Source: Bacteroidales bacterium
Lineage (GTDB): Bacteria > Bacteroidota > Bacteroidia > Bacteroidales > F082
Length of the DNA stretch: 64,000 nucleotides
Assembly: GCA_017427985.1 (NCBI GenBank)
Contig: JAFRRS010000013.1
Coordinates: 4,565-68,564, forward strand
Direction: 5' to 3'
This document shows, in pieces, positions 42,736 through 53,300 of the stretch (position 1 is the first letter of the stretch; each line of letters begins with the position of its first letter). The position numbers and the translations under genes are program-made. The notes under the pieces were generated by a model that was given only the letters and a program-made list of their open reading frames with translations, was not told the origin of the DNA and made no database searches.

Positions 42736-43344
42736 ATGAATAATAAGAAACTGACTATCATCAACATCGCATTGGCACTCGTCTCGTGCGTGTTAGTCTA
42801 CTTGATTTACAAAAGCATCAGCGAGCCTGTAGTTTTTGAAAACACACGTAAAGAAAGAGAAGTAAAAGTTGTGCAGAGCCTCAAGGACATCAGAAGCACA
42901 CAAACCCTGTTCAAACAGACTTACAACAGGTTCACCGCCGACTTCGATTCTCTCATCAACTATATCCAGACTGGCGAACTTCCAGTCGTAAATATCATCG
43001 CTGACCCTAACGATACAACTTTCACGAAGACCATCAACGACACAGTGGGTTACATCTCAGTTTATGACTCATTGTTCAAGAAAAGAGAAAACTTCGACAT
43101 CAACAGCATCAAAGTTGTCCCTTATTCACAAAACGATATCTTCGAACTCCAGGCAGGTTACATCACCCGCGGCGGTTTGAAAGTGGCTGTGTTCGAGGCA
43201 AAGACACCTTTCAACACTTATCTTTGGGATCTCGACCAGCAGAGAGTCAACAACCTGAGAGCCGAGCAGGAAGACCTTGAAAAATACGCAGGTCTGAAAG
43301 TCGGTTCGATGGACGAGGCCTCATTAAACGGTAACTGGGAATAA
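42736..43344 (+). CDS. membrane-anchored protein of unknown function
   Basis: 202 aa with a single N-terminal TM helix (LTIINIALALVSCVLVYLIY). Confidence 0.55.
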   Translation: MNNKKLTIINIALALVSCVLVYLIYKSISEPVVFENTRKEREVKVVQSLKDIRSTQTLFKQTYNRFTADFDSLINYIQTGELPVVNIIADPNDTTFTKTINDTVGYISVYDSLFKKRENFDINSIKVVPYSQNDIFELQAGYITRGGLKVAVFEAKTPFNTYLWDLDQQRVNNLRAEQEDLEKYAGLKVGSMDEASLNGNWE

Positions 43345-43345
43345 T

Positions 43346-43900
43346 ATGTCTCCGGAGACCGCAAACGTGAACAAACAAGAAACAACCATCCAGCATTCGT
43401 TGGATGGTTTTTCGTATGTTTTGGTGCCAGCCGCCCTTTATCAGGAAGATTTAAAAGAGAAATATCTCGACTTTCTCGGACTTATGAAAGAAGGCTGCGT
43501 CGTATGCACCGATTACATTGAAGCAGCAGATGCGTACAACGTGTACTGCCTTCCAGAAAAGAAGGAGTTTCGTCATCCCACAAGCATACTTTTGGAGAAT
43601 CTGATAAAGGAAAACAAAGAGCGCACCGACGACGCCCGCATCTATCTGAACATCAAAGACCAGCAGTTCGAGATGATAGTTTTGAAAGGAACCAAGTTGT
43701 TGTTTTACAACACTTTCCGTTTCAAGACGAAAGAAGATTTCCTTTATTTCCTGCTTTTCTCGATAGAGCAGCTGCATCTTGAAGCCGAGTCGGTGCCGGT
43801 ATATTTTCTCGGCATGATTGAGGAAGACTCGAAGCTTGTGGAATTCACCTCGCGTTACGTGCGCGACATCCGTTTCAAAAAAGAGATAAAATGCGAATAA
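43346..43900 (+). CDS. hypothetical protein (DUF3822-like, from memory)
   Basis: 184-aa ORF. It is tightly coupled to the upstream gene (1-nt gap) and to downstream rsmD (10-nt overlap). Confidence 0.45.
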   Translation: MSPETANVNKQETTIQHSLDGFSYVLVPAALYQEDLKEKYLDFLGLMKEGCVVCTDYIEAADAYNVYCLPEKKEFRHPTSILLENLIKENKERTDDARIYLNIKDQQFEMIVLKGTKLLFYNTFRFKTKEDFLYFLLFSIEQLHLEAESVPVYFLGMIEEDSKLVEFTSRYVRDIRFKKEIKCE

Positions 43901-44442
43901 TAAGAGGAAGACACCAGAGACGACAGATTGTGGCGCCCGACAACCTGCCAACACGCCCTACCACCGACATGGCGAAGGAGAGTCTGTTTAACATCCTTGA
44001 AAATCAAATAGATATAGAAGAGACAACGGCTCTCGACTTGTTTGCGGGCACGGGAAACATCTCTTACGAACTCGTTTCGAGAGGCTGCCCGCATGTCACT
44101 GCCGTCGATGAGAACAGCAACTGCGTGAAATTCATCAGAGAGACTGCCAGCAAGCTGAATATGAACGAGTTATCGGTTGTGAAATCGGACGTTTTCAGGT
44201 TTCTGCCGATGCACAAGGCGAAATACGACTTGATTTTCGCCGACCCGCCATACGACTGCAAGCATTATGACCTGCTTGTCGATTTGGTTTTCCAGAATGA
44301 GCTTCTGAAAGAAGACGGCATCTTCGTTGTGGAGCACGACAGGACTATTGATTTCTCGGGGCATCCGAATTATTATGACCATAGAAAATATGGGAAGGTT
44401 AATTTTACTTTTTTTAGTTTAGAGTGTAGTGTTGATAGTTAA
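43891..44442 (+). CDS. rsmD: 16S rRNA (guanine966-N2)-methyltransferase
   Basis: The motifs LDLFAGTGNISYE (SAM motif I) and LIFADPPY are present. Confidence 0.85.
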   Translation: MRIIRGRHQRRQIVAPDNLPTRPTTDMAKESLFNILENQIDIEETTALDLFAGTGNISYELVSRGCPHVTAVDENSNCVKFIRETASKLNMNELSVVKSDVFRFLPMHKAKYDLIFADPPYDCKHYDLLVDLVFQNELLKEDGIFVVEHDRTIDFSGHPNYYDHRKYGKVNFTFFSLECSVDS

Positions 44443-44462
44443 GTAATTTAAAAGTTTAAGAT

Positions 44463-46055
44463 ATGAAAGTAACCATTAAAACTTTAATCACTTTGGTGAT
44501 AATCGCGATGACGATGAGCATTAACGCTCAGGTCAATGTTGACGAATACGAATTTGAAGGCGCGAACTGCACCAGCATCATGGTGGGCAAGGACGCCTCC
44601 ACCGACGGCTCGGTGATGACATCGCACACATGCGACAGCCGTTACCGCACCTGGATGCGCTGGGAGAAAGCCACCAACAACGAGAAAGGCGCGACGATGA
44701 AGGTCTACAAAGGCACCATGCACACCGCCGACCCATACGACAGCCGCGGGGTGAAGGAAGCAGGCGAGATTCCGCAGGCAGCGCACACCTTCGCCTACCT
44801 CAACACTGCTTATCCATGCTTCAACGAGAAACAGCTTGCCATCGGCGAGACCACATTCTCAGGTCCTGACACTCTCGTGAACAATAACGGAATGTTCATG
44901 ATTGAGGAACTCGAGCGCGTGGCGCTGCAGCGTTGTGACAACGCCCGCGACGCCATAAGACTCATCGGCGAGCTCATCAAGGAATACGGATACGGCGACG
45001 GCGGCGAGGCAATAACCATCGCTGACACCAAAGAGGTGTGGCTGATGGAAATCATGGGCGAGGGCCCGAAGAAAATCGGCGGCATCTGGGCGGCGCAGAG
45101 AGTGCCTGACGGCGAAGTCAGCGTCTCTGCCAACATCCCGAGAATAAAATACTTGGACAGAGACAACAAAGACTATTTCATGTGCTCCGACAACGTCGAG
45201 AAGGTGGCGAAGAAATACGGCCTCTGGGACGGCAAGGAAGAGTTTATATGGTACAAGGCTTTTGCAAGCAGCTACTCCAACGGCAAGAACTTCCGCGAGC
45301 GTGAGTGGTTCATCTTCAACGAGCTGGCTCCGTCGTTGAACCTCGACAGAGACGCACAGGACATCCCGTTCTCAGTGAAGCCGGAAAACAAAGTCGACGT
45401 GCGCGACGTGATGAGGCTCCTCCGCAGCTACTACGAAGGCACCGACATGGACCTCACGCGCAACCTCAAAATCGTGAGCCGCAACGGCGACACCATCGTC
45501 TCCCCTACCGCCAACCCGTGGATGGGCGGCAACGAGCAGAAGGTTTACAATATGCTGAAACCCGGAACTATTGAATTTAAACGCGGCGTAGCGATGTCGT
45601 GGTGCTCGTATTCTTTCGTGGCTCAGCTCCGCGGCTGGATGCCTGACGAAATCGGCGGCATCTGCTGGATGGGCGTCGAGAACCCGGGACAAAGCCCGAG
45701 AATCCCTGTTTACAGCGGCAGCACCGAGATGCCTTCATGCTTCAACAGATGCGGTCACGACCATTTCGACGAGAGCACCGTTTTGTGGCGCTACAGAAAA
45801 GCCAACAAGCTCGCCCAAGTCAACTGGGGATTGTGCAAAGACTTGATGTACAGCAACATACAGCGTTATGAAGACAAGGCGATGATTGAGATGCCTGAAC
45901 TCGAGAAAAGAGTTGAAAGTCTCCTCAAAGATGGCAAAAAAGACGAGGCAGCGAAAGAACTGAACCGTTACACCGCCGACTTCGAGGCTGCAACAGCAGA
46001 AACATGGAAGGAAATGGAACACAAATTCTGGGAGAGATTCTGGACCGGATTCTAA
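44463..46055 (+). CDS. C69-family dipeptidase
   Basis: A signal peptide is followed by the nucleophile context GANCTSIMVGKDASTDGSVMTSHTCD. Confidence 0.85.
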   Translation: MKVTIKTLITLVIIAMTMSINAQVNVDEYEFEGANCTSIMVGKDASTDGSVMTSHTCDSRYRTWMRWEKATNNEKGATMKVYKGTMHTADPYDSRGVKEAGEIPQAAHTFAYLNTAYPCFNEKQLAIGETTFSGPDTLVNNNGMFMIEELERVALQRCDNARDAIRLIGELIKEYGYGDGGEAITIADTKEVWLMEIMGEGPKKIGGIWAAQRVPDGEVSVSANIPRIKYLDRDNKDYFMCSDNVEKVAKKYGLWDGKEEFIWYKAFASSYSNGKNFREREWFIFNELAPSLNLDRDAQDIPFSVKPENKVDVRDVMRLLRSYYEGTDMDLTRNLKIVSRNGDTIVSPTANPWMGGNEQKVYNMLKPGTIEFKRGVAMSWCSYSFVAQLRGWMPDEIGGICWMGVENPGQSPRIPVYSGSTEMPSCFNRCGHDHFDESTVLWRYRKANKLAQVNWGLCKDLMYSNIQRYEDKAMIEMPELEKRVESLLKDGKKDEAAKELNRYTADFEAATAETWKEMEHKFWERFWTGF

Positions 46056-46093
46056 GGGAACCCCATTCAGAAAGAAACAATCTCAAAATAAGA

Positions 46094-46127
46094 AAAGGCT
46101 TTGATGAACTCAAAGCCTTTCTTTTTT
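46094..46127. terminator. bidirectional terminator between convergent genes
   Basis: The stem AAAGGCTTTGA-tgaac-TCAAAGCCTTT (11 bp) is flanked by A-rich and T-rich runs. Confidence 0.75.
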
Positions 46128-47568
46128 ATGGTAAAAACCTTTTAATCTGATAAATCAAATCGGACGCTTTCTTGAACAGCGAGAAGCCTTTCCTTGATTT
46201 CTCCTTCACGACGTCAACAGCGCCTTTTGCCTTGTCGATCACCGATGGCGACTGGTCCTCAAAGACCTCATCGAGGTTATGCTCCCCGATTTTCCCCTCC
46301 ACGTTGTTCAAAAACTCCTCCAAATTCCAAGGCTTCGCCGCCGAAGTCTTTTTCGGCTTCATTCCTTTTGAGATTTTCTCCATATATTCCTCGCCGTAAC
46401 GCGCATCGTAGTACGCCTTCAAAATGTAGAAAGGCTTGTCCTGGTCAGGGTTTTCCTCCCTCTTCGCATTTTGAATCTCTGTCCTTTTGCTAATAAAACT
46501 CTGCGGAAACTGGTTAAACGGCTTGCAAACAGGATAGACTTCCAACAGAAGATGCTCCACAATCTCCTGCGAATGAATCATCGTATAAGCCTTTATCTCA
46601 TGGATGAACGACTGGTCGTGGATGATGTCCTTAAGCTTCAATCCGAAATAGTGAAGAAGCAGTTTCTCGTATTCCCAGATGACGCCAGGCATGATGTTTT
46701 TGTCTCTCTCAATGGCCTGTTTCCTCTTTTCGACATCGAAAATCATAGCCCACGGCTCCACATTCATCGCGAAAGGACAATGTGCCATCTCCCACAAGTC
46801 CAAATCATCGAGGATGTTTTTGAAAATATGGTAAATCTGGTCGCGTTTCTTTATCTCGGGCGCGTATTTCCATTCTATTTTCTTCTCCACGAACTCCCAC
46901 ACGTGCGCGTCGACTTTTCCGAACTTGTTCATCCTAGCCAGTTGGTCGTAAGCCTCGAGTTTCTCTTCAAGAACCTTGATTTCCAAGTCCTGGCTGATGG
47001 TGCATTTGTAGCAATCGAGTTGTGTTTCAAGAACTTTTCTCGTTATTGAGCTCGCGTTGAAGTCATCGAGTCCGCGCTCGATTTGCAGGCGCAGGAAGTT
47101 AGGATATGTCATTCCAGGCTCTTCCGACAGCGCAATCAGTTCTTCGACGCCTTTTATCAGCTCCTCGGGGTTGTTGTCGACCATGATTCTCTGGCGGTCG
47201 GCATCAGAAGCCTCTTTCAACACTTTCTCGAAGCTCTCGCGCATCGCCTTCACGCTGTCGTGCAAAGTCTTGACATACATCTTCATGAGAGTGTCGTCGT
47301 CATAAATCCCGCCACCATTGTTCGCGCTTTCCGCTTGCTCGGTAAGTGCGCGAGAATAAGCGTCGGAGATTTTCACGGCTATGTTCTCGTCGTTCATCTT
47401 CGCATAGAAAGTGTTGACATCGGGCGACGTCTCCATGAGTTCGAGAAGCCTGTTATAGTATTTTTCCGCTTCGTCGTAATATTTTCCAGTAATATTACGG
47501 TTTTTCATGTCATCAAGGATATTCTTGTAGCCTTGCTTGATCGATTCAGCCATTTGTTTTTCCATCAT
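46126..47568 (-). CDS. cytoplasmic helical protein of unknown function
   Basis: 480-aa ORF with backbone-like GC content. It has no signal peptide and no motif I recognise. Confidence 0.55.
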   Translation of the reverse strand: MMEKQMAESIKQGYKNILDDMKNRNITGKYYDEAEKYYNRLLELMETSPDVNTFYAKMNDENIAVKISDAYSRALTEQAESANNGGGIYDDDTLMKMYVKTLHDSVKAMRESFEKVLKEASDADRQRIMVDNNPEELIKGVEELIALSEEPGMTYPNFLRLQIERGLDDFNASSITRKVLETQLDCYKCTISQDLEIKVLEEKLEAYDQLARMNKFGKVDAHVWEFVEKKIEWKYAPEIKKRDQIYHIFKNILDDLDLWEMAHCPFAMNVEPWAMIFDVEKRKQAIERDKNIMPGVIWEYEKLLLHYFGLKLKDIIHDQSFIHEIKAYTMIHSQEIVEHLLLEVYPVCKPFNQFPQSFISKRTEIQNAKREENPDQDKPFYILKAYYDARYGEEYMEKISKGMKPKKTSAAKPWNLEEFLNNVEGKIGEHNLDEVFEDQSPSVIDKAKGAVDVVKEKSRKGFSLFKKASDLIYQIKRFLP

Positions 47569-47583
47569 AACCTGTTCCTCCTT

Positions 47584-48273
47584 TTATCCTTTGATGTTGA
47601 TGATTTCCTTATATTTTTTCAGCTGCTTCTCAATGTCCTCGTCGCTGTAAGGCATGAGGCGGCGGTATCTGTTTTCCCTGACAAGATTAGGGTCGATGCG
47701 TCTTCCTTTTGACCAGGCCTTGAAGTATTTCTCGTTTCTTTCGTTGCGCTCCTGCATCTCCTTTTTAATGTCGACAACGAATTTCTGCATGTAATACTTA
47801 TATTTTCCAGGCACCACGGCGTTGGTGTAGACATCGATTTCGTCGAGATGGTTCCATTCGTCGAGAAGAGCCTTTCCTCCAGCTTCGTCGTAATAAATCT
47901 CGTTGTTGTTCTGGTTTGTCAACTCGGTAATCTTAGTCCCCATATCGATGACCGATGAGTTTGAAAGTCCGGTTTTTGGGTATTTTTCAATCTCGTCGAG
48001 AATCTTGTCGGCACATTTTTTGCGCACCGGATCATCCACCTCTTTATAGTATTCGCTTTCCATCTCGTACTGGTCCTGCCATGCGGCGAAGGCACAGTCG
48101 ATGTTGAGTGAGCCCAGGTTGTCCTTGATTTCCTCGAAGCTGTCGTATTTATACATCAAATCCCTGAGATTCGACTCAGCCTCGAACGAATGTTTCTTCT
48201 TGGGATTGTTGGCGTACCGTTCAACCCTTGCGTCGTAATACGCACGATACTCTTCCATTCTTTTGTCAGCCAT
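47584..48273 (-). CDS. cytoplasmic protein of unknown function
   Basis: 229-aa ORF, 15 nt upstream of the 480-aa gene. Confidence 0.55.
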   Translation of the reverse strand: MADKRMEEYRAYYDARVERYANNPKKKHSFEAESNLRDLMYKYDSFEEIKDNLGSLNIDCAFAAWQDQYEMESEYYKEVDDPVRKKCADKILDEIEKYPKTGLSNSSVIDMGTKITELTNQNNNEIYYDEAGGKALLDEWNHLDEIDVYTNAVVPGKYKYYMQKFVVDIKKEMQERNERNEKYFKAWSKGRRIDPNLVRENRYRRLMPYSDEDIEKQLKKYKEIINIKG

Positions 48274-48348
48274 AATTACAGATTTAGTTGTTTGCCTGAC
48301 TGCAAATTTACGGAATTTTTCGAATAAAACAAGTTTTGTTTTAAAAAA

Positions 48349-48921
48349 CTATATCATCCTGATGTTGTTGACAAACATATTGACTGCAATCGCCAGTAAA
48401 ATCACGCCGAAGAACTTGCGAAGTATAAAGATGAGATTCTGGCCCAAGAGTTTCTGTATTTTGTCAAGATAGCGAATCACGATGTAATCGAGGGCGATAT
48501 TCAGGAGCAAGCCTATCAAGATGTTGACGATGGCGTAGTCGGCGCGCAGCGACAGCAGACCGGTCAAGGCACCGGGACCGGCTATCAGCGGGAACGCCAC
48601 AGGCACTATGCTCGCTCCTCCGTTGTTGTTCTCGTTTTTTATAATCTCACGTCCGAGAATCATTTCCACGGCGAGGACGAAAAGCACGAACGAGCCAGCC
48701 ACCGCAAACGACGCCGAGTCGATGCCGAACAGCCTCAGCAAGCCGTCGCCCGCGAAGAAAAACGCCAGAAACAAGCCCAGAGCCACCAGACAGGCCTGCC
48801 CCGCCTTGATAACCTTGTCCTGTTCCCTCATGCTAACAAAAATCGGGATGGAGCCGAAGATGTCGATGATGGCTGCCATCACGAAGAAAGCACCGAATAT
48901 TTCTACGAAGTTGATGTTCAT
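48349..48921 (-). CDS. MarC-family (UPF0056) membrane protein
   Basis: Multi-TM protein starting at the internal MNINFVEIFGAFFVMAAIIDIFGSIPIF. The 23-codon extension in the ORF track is read through a REP unit (..SIPLRFSRNDE..). Confidence 0.78.
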   Translation of the reverse strand: MNINFVEIFGAFFVMAAIIDIFGSIPIFVSMREQDKVIKAGQACLVALGLFLAFFFAGDGLLRLFGIDSASFAVAGSFVLFVLAVEMILGREIIKNENNNGGASIVPVAFPLIAGPGALTGLLSLRADYAIVNILIGLLLNIALDYIVIRYLDKIQKLLGQNLIFILRKFFGVILLAIAVNMFVNNIRMI

Positions 48922-48942
48922 TTTTATACTTGTTTCGTTTTC

Positions 48943-49028
48943 GTCATTTCGACTGAAGCGTAGCGGAATGGAGAAATCTCCTGCAAACACATGAGATTTC
49001 TCCGCTCCCTACGATCGGTCGAAATGAC
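48943..49028. repeat. inverted pair of REP-like units (GTCATTTCGAC...GGAGAAATCTC / GAGATTTCTCC...GTCGAAATGAC)
   Basis: Units 48943-48980 and 48993-49028 were read directly. They belong to the same family as 32199-32231. Confidence 0.85.
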
Positions 49029-49035
49029 GGGGTTA

Positions 49036-50349
49036 TTACATGTTTCTGCAGATATAGTGATAATGCGGGCCGAAGCGTTTGAATGCGGCTTCATCGAGTT
49101 CCTCCTGATATTTCGGGTGGGCTACTGAGATGATGAGCCGTGCGCGTTCCTGCAGCGAGCGTCCGTAGAGGTTCACTGCGCCGTATTCTGTGATAAACCA
49201 ATGGATATGGTTGCGTGTGGTGACAGCGCCGGAGCCCAAATCGAGAGCAGGCACGATCTTGTTGATACCTTTTTTGGTTGTCGAAGGCATCGCTATGATA
49301 GCCTTGCCGCCTTGGGCGCGCGACGAGCCGTAAACGTAGTCGATCTGACCGCCCACACCTGAGTAAATCTTGTCACCCAGCGAGTCGGCGCACACCTGCC
49401 CTGAAAGGTCGATCTGGATTGCCGAGTTGATAGACGTCATCTTTGGCTGCTGCGCAATGACAAACGGGTCGTTGGTGTATTCCACGTCTTTCAGCAAGAC
49501 CTCGTGGTTGCCGTCGATGAAGTTATAAATCTTCTGCGAGCCCATCACGAAGGTGGAGACGATTTTGCCTTTGTCGAGCTTCTTGTTGTCACCGGTGATG
49601 ACGCCTTCTTTCACCAAAGGCAAGATGCCGTCGGAGAACATCTCGGTATGGATTCCGATGTTCTTGTGGTTATGAAGACACGAAAGGATGGCGTTAGGGA
49701 TGCTACCGATACCCATCTGGAGGCAGGCGCCGTCCTCGATGAGCTCAGCGCAATAACGCCCTATGGTCTTCTCCACTTCGTTCGGCTCAGGCATATCGAC
49801 AGTGAGCAACGGGGTGTCGTCTTCAACGAAAACATTGATTCTGCTGATGTGGACGAGCGCGTCGCCGAAAGTGCGCGGCACGTGTTTGTTGACAACCGCG
49901 ATGACGAACTCGGCACTCTCCATTGCCGCCAAGGTCGCGTCGACGGAAGAACCTAACGACACATAGCCGAACTTGTCGGGCGGACACACCTGAATCATAG
50001 CGACGTTGCATTTGATATATTTCTCGCGATAGAGTTTCGAGGTCTCGCCAAGAAACACCGGGATGTAGTCTGCAAGACCTTTCTGCACGCTCTCGCGGAC
50101 GTTGGCGCCGACGAAGAAGGCGTTGTGCTGGAAGATACCCTCAAACTCCGGATTGACGTATGGGGCCGCGCCCTCGGTGTGAAGGTGGTGGATATAAACG
50201 TTTTTCAACTCTCCTGCCCTTCCGCGGTCACAGAGAGCCTTCACCAGACACTGCGGCACACTCGACACCGAACTGATGTGAACATGGTCGCCCGATTTTA
50301 TGACTTTCACGGCATCAGCCGCTGAAACTGCTTGATATTGTTTCCTCAT
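49036..50349 (-). CDS. acetyl-CoA hydrolase/CoA-transferase family enzyme (4-hydroxybutyrate/succinate CoA-transferase-like)
   Basis: 437 aa with LQMGIGSIPNA, HTEMFSDG and SGVGGQIDYV. Confidence 0.85.
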   Translation of the reverse strand: MRKQYQAVSAADAVKVIKSGDHVHISSVSSVPQCLVKALCDRGRAGELKNVYIHHLHTEGAAPYVNPEFEGIFQHNAFFVGANVRESVQKGLADYIPVFLGETSKLYREKYIKCNVAMIQVCPPDKFGYVSLGSSVDATLAAMESAEFVIAVVNKHVPRTFGDALVHISRINVFVEDDTPLLTVDMPEPNEVEKTIGRYCAELIEDGACLQMGIGSIPNAILSCLHNHKNIGIHTEMFSDGILPLVKEGVITGDNKKLDKGKIVSTFVMGSQKIYNFIDGNHEVLLKDVEYTNDPFVIAQQPKMTSINSAIQIDLSGQVCADSLGDKIYSGVGGQIDYVYGSSRAQGGKAIIAMPSTTKKGINKIVPALDLGSGAVTTRNHIHWFITEYGAVNLYGRSLQERARLIISVAHPKYQEELDEAAFKRFGPHYHYICRNM

Positions 50350-50361
50350 GATGATAATCTA

Positions 50362-53300
50362 CTATTTAATGATTAAACGTTCTGTAAAGACGCAAGATTT
50401 TGTGTCTCTGCCATCATAATTGACGCGAATAATATACATTCCAGGATTCAATTCTGAAACATTGATTTCCGTTTCGGTTGATGTCAGAACCTTGCGACCT
50501 GTAATGTCGTAAATTTCAATGCGTTGTTGAGACGCAAAATTCTGCGTCTCTATGGGCAAATGATGATTTGACCCTACGAATATGATATCATGGGCTGGGT
50601 TCGGGTAAACCGAAATCGTCACATCGCCGTTTTCTGCAATGCCATCAGGGACGAAATTCATTGTGACATCGAACTCGAAATCGACATGTTGTCCGTCGCT
50701 GGTGGCGCGCATAACGAGGTGTGCACTGCCACTTTCATTTGTAAGACGTGTCATATTGAGAGCCTTGCCGTCCATATTCGCCTCGAGCGCGTTCTCGTTG
50801 GAATTTGAGACGATGCTGTAAACGATTGCCTCGTCTGGGTCGTCAGGGTCGGATGCCACGCCTTCGAGATTGACTTCAATTGTCTGCGGGAACTCGCTGA
50901 AGACCACGTTTTCCACAGGATTCACAATATATGGCGGCAAATCCTGAGGCACGCCAGGAGCTGTCCCGTTGAAGTCGTCGATGCAGAAATAAGCCGGAGT
51001 CAACATTCCGTAGGCGTTTCCTTTAGTTGATGAGAGGCTGAATGAGATGGTGTGAACGGCACCGAGCTGGCTGAGGTCAAACCACTCCCATGTGTCGACG
51101 ACGTAATCTTCATCGTTGTTGTCAAAACGATAATCCGCCAAGTAAAAATCAAGTGTTCCAACGACTTGGCCGCTTGCGTTTTTGCCTGTCGCGGTAAGCT
51201 TGAACCAGTCAGGGTCGTTGCCTGTAGTGCCGCCAAATGGTGTTGAAGACGCGTCTCCCTCGACGACGCTCTGATAAGCCCAAAGGTTGTTGGTGACATA
51301 ACATCCAGTGATGGCATGTGCCTGACCGTCAGAGGCATAGACATCGGTCTGTGCGCCGAATGTGTAAGCGACACCGTATTGTGCCGTGCTGTTGTGACCG
51401 CCGGCAGTCACCGCGGTGTATTGTGCATCCATGCCTGTCTGCGTCAAATCAGTGTGGTTTGAAGCGGTGAATCCGCCCCAGAAATATGAAGAGTAATAAT
51501 TCGTGAAGATCCAGCCGCCGCTGAACATCTCGTTCTCGCCTTCACTGCCAATCCAGTAGCCGCTTGTGCCAATCTCGACATCTTCAAATGAGGCGGTCCC
51601 GACTGTCACCACGACTTCAACGCCCGACACGCTGACGTTCATGTCGACGTGCTTGCCGTTGCTTGTGGCACGGATAACCAACGTCTTGTTTGTGAACGCG
51701 TTAGCGGTGTTTCTTGTCACCGTAAGCATGTCGTCATCGTCGATTGAGGCGGTGATTTCCGACGGGCAGCTCTGCACCGTGATGACGATGAAAGCGTTGT
51801 TGTTGTCGGGGTCGTCGAAAGTGTCGCTGAGGTCGAAATTCAGACTCTCCGGATAGCTCGTGAAGTTGATTGGAGCGAGCTGGTTTGCAACGACAGGCGG
51901 CAAATCCTCGGCGACGCATTCCACCGAGAAGCTTGTCTGCACCGATTGTCCTGCGCTTTCGGCATTGAGCGTGATTGTAGCTGTTCCGCCAGTGCTTGCG
52001 AGACGTGTGACGGTTAAAACCTTATTGTTCAAAGTCGTTGAAACGAGTGTCGGGTTGCTGTTTGAAGCGACGGTGATAACGATGTTGTTGTTCGGGTCGT
52101 CAGGGTCGTTGAAAGTGTTGGTCAGGTTGACGGTCTGGCTTGCCGGATATGTGTTGAAAGTGATGTTGCTGATTGGGTTTGCCACGACTGGCGGAAGGTT
52201 TGTTCCTGAAGCGTATTCGTCGGCACCGGCACAAGGTGTTGAAGCTGAACGGTTCTGCTCGTCGATGTCTTTCGGAACGTATGAAAGCGGGTTCGCGACT
52301 GTCAAGCCATCAGCTGAAGTGACATGTAAGTCGCTGGCACCCACGAAGTTAGGCGTGCAGAGACTTGAATGCGTGTCGAAACCGGTAGCCGTTGTCCAGT
52401 CGCCCAATGTGGCGCAGTTTGTGGAAGCGAAATACCCAATATTGCTTCCCGAAAACTGGATGCGGTTGTAGTCGCTCATGCGGCTTTCGACGTTGTTGTT
52501 GAAGCGGAAAACATAGCCGTTTGATGAAGTGTTTACAAGCAAATTGTTGTAAAAATTGAAGTTTGTTCCGTTTTTCTGAACGAAAATGTTTCCATTGTTA
52601 CCTGTTCCGCTGCATTTGATGGTGTTATGCGCAAAATCGACATAAGCGCAGTCGTTGTAGTCGATGGAGAAAGCATAACTGTTGCTGCTCGCGTTAGAGT
52701 TCAAATTGATGATGTTGTTTCTGATAATCACGTGGTTGTCGGCTGTTCCAACGCAAGGACGAATCGCGAAAACAGTGGAATAGCTCGTCGTGCGGGTGAC
52801 GTTCATAATGTTTTTCTCAAAAACAGCGCTGTTGTAGCATTGGAAAACGTCAATAGCCCTGTAATCCGTCTTGAAATCGTTGGCGTTGACAATGGTGTTG
52901 CCACGAATGATAATATTATGGTAAAAAGTAGGGTAAATCGACTTGAACTGTTGGTTTTCGAAGTAGCAGTTTTCGATGAGCAGACCTTCGTTGAACTGGC
53001 TCATGTTCTTACCTTGGACGTAAAGCGCGATGCAGCCGTTGATGAACTGGCAGCCCACGAACTGTGTGTCGTGGTTGATGATGCCGTCGCCGTTGTTCAT
53101 GTGGACGAGGTTTTTGTCGTTATCGCTTGAATTTGTAGGCACTTCGACGCCCACGAAGCGCACGTTTTCAAAGCGGTCATAGTCGCATTGTCCGTCAAAC
53201 ACCAGCAGTCTTGCCTTTGACGTCGATGTCGTTGTCAGCGTCATGTTTTCGAAAGTGACGTAGTCGGCGCCACTGAGTTTGAGTGTGCTGTTGTCGGTGT

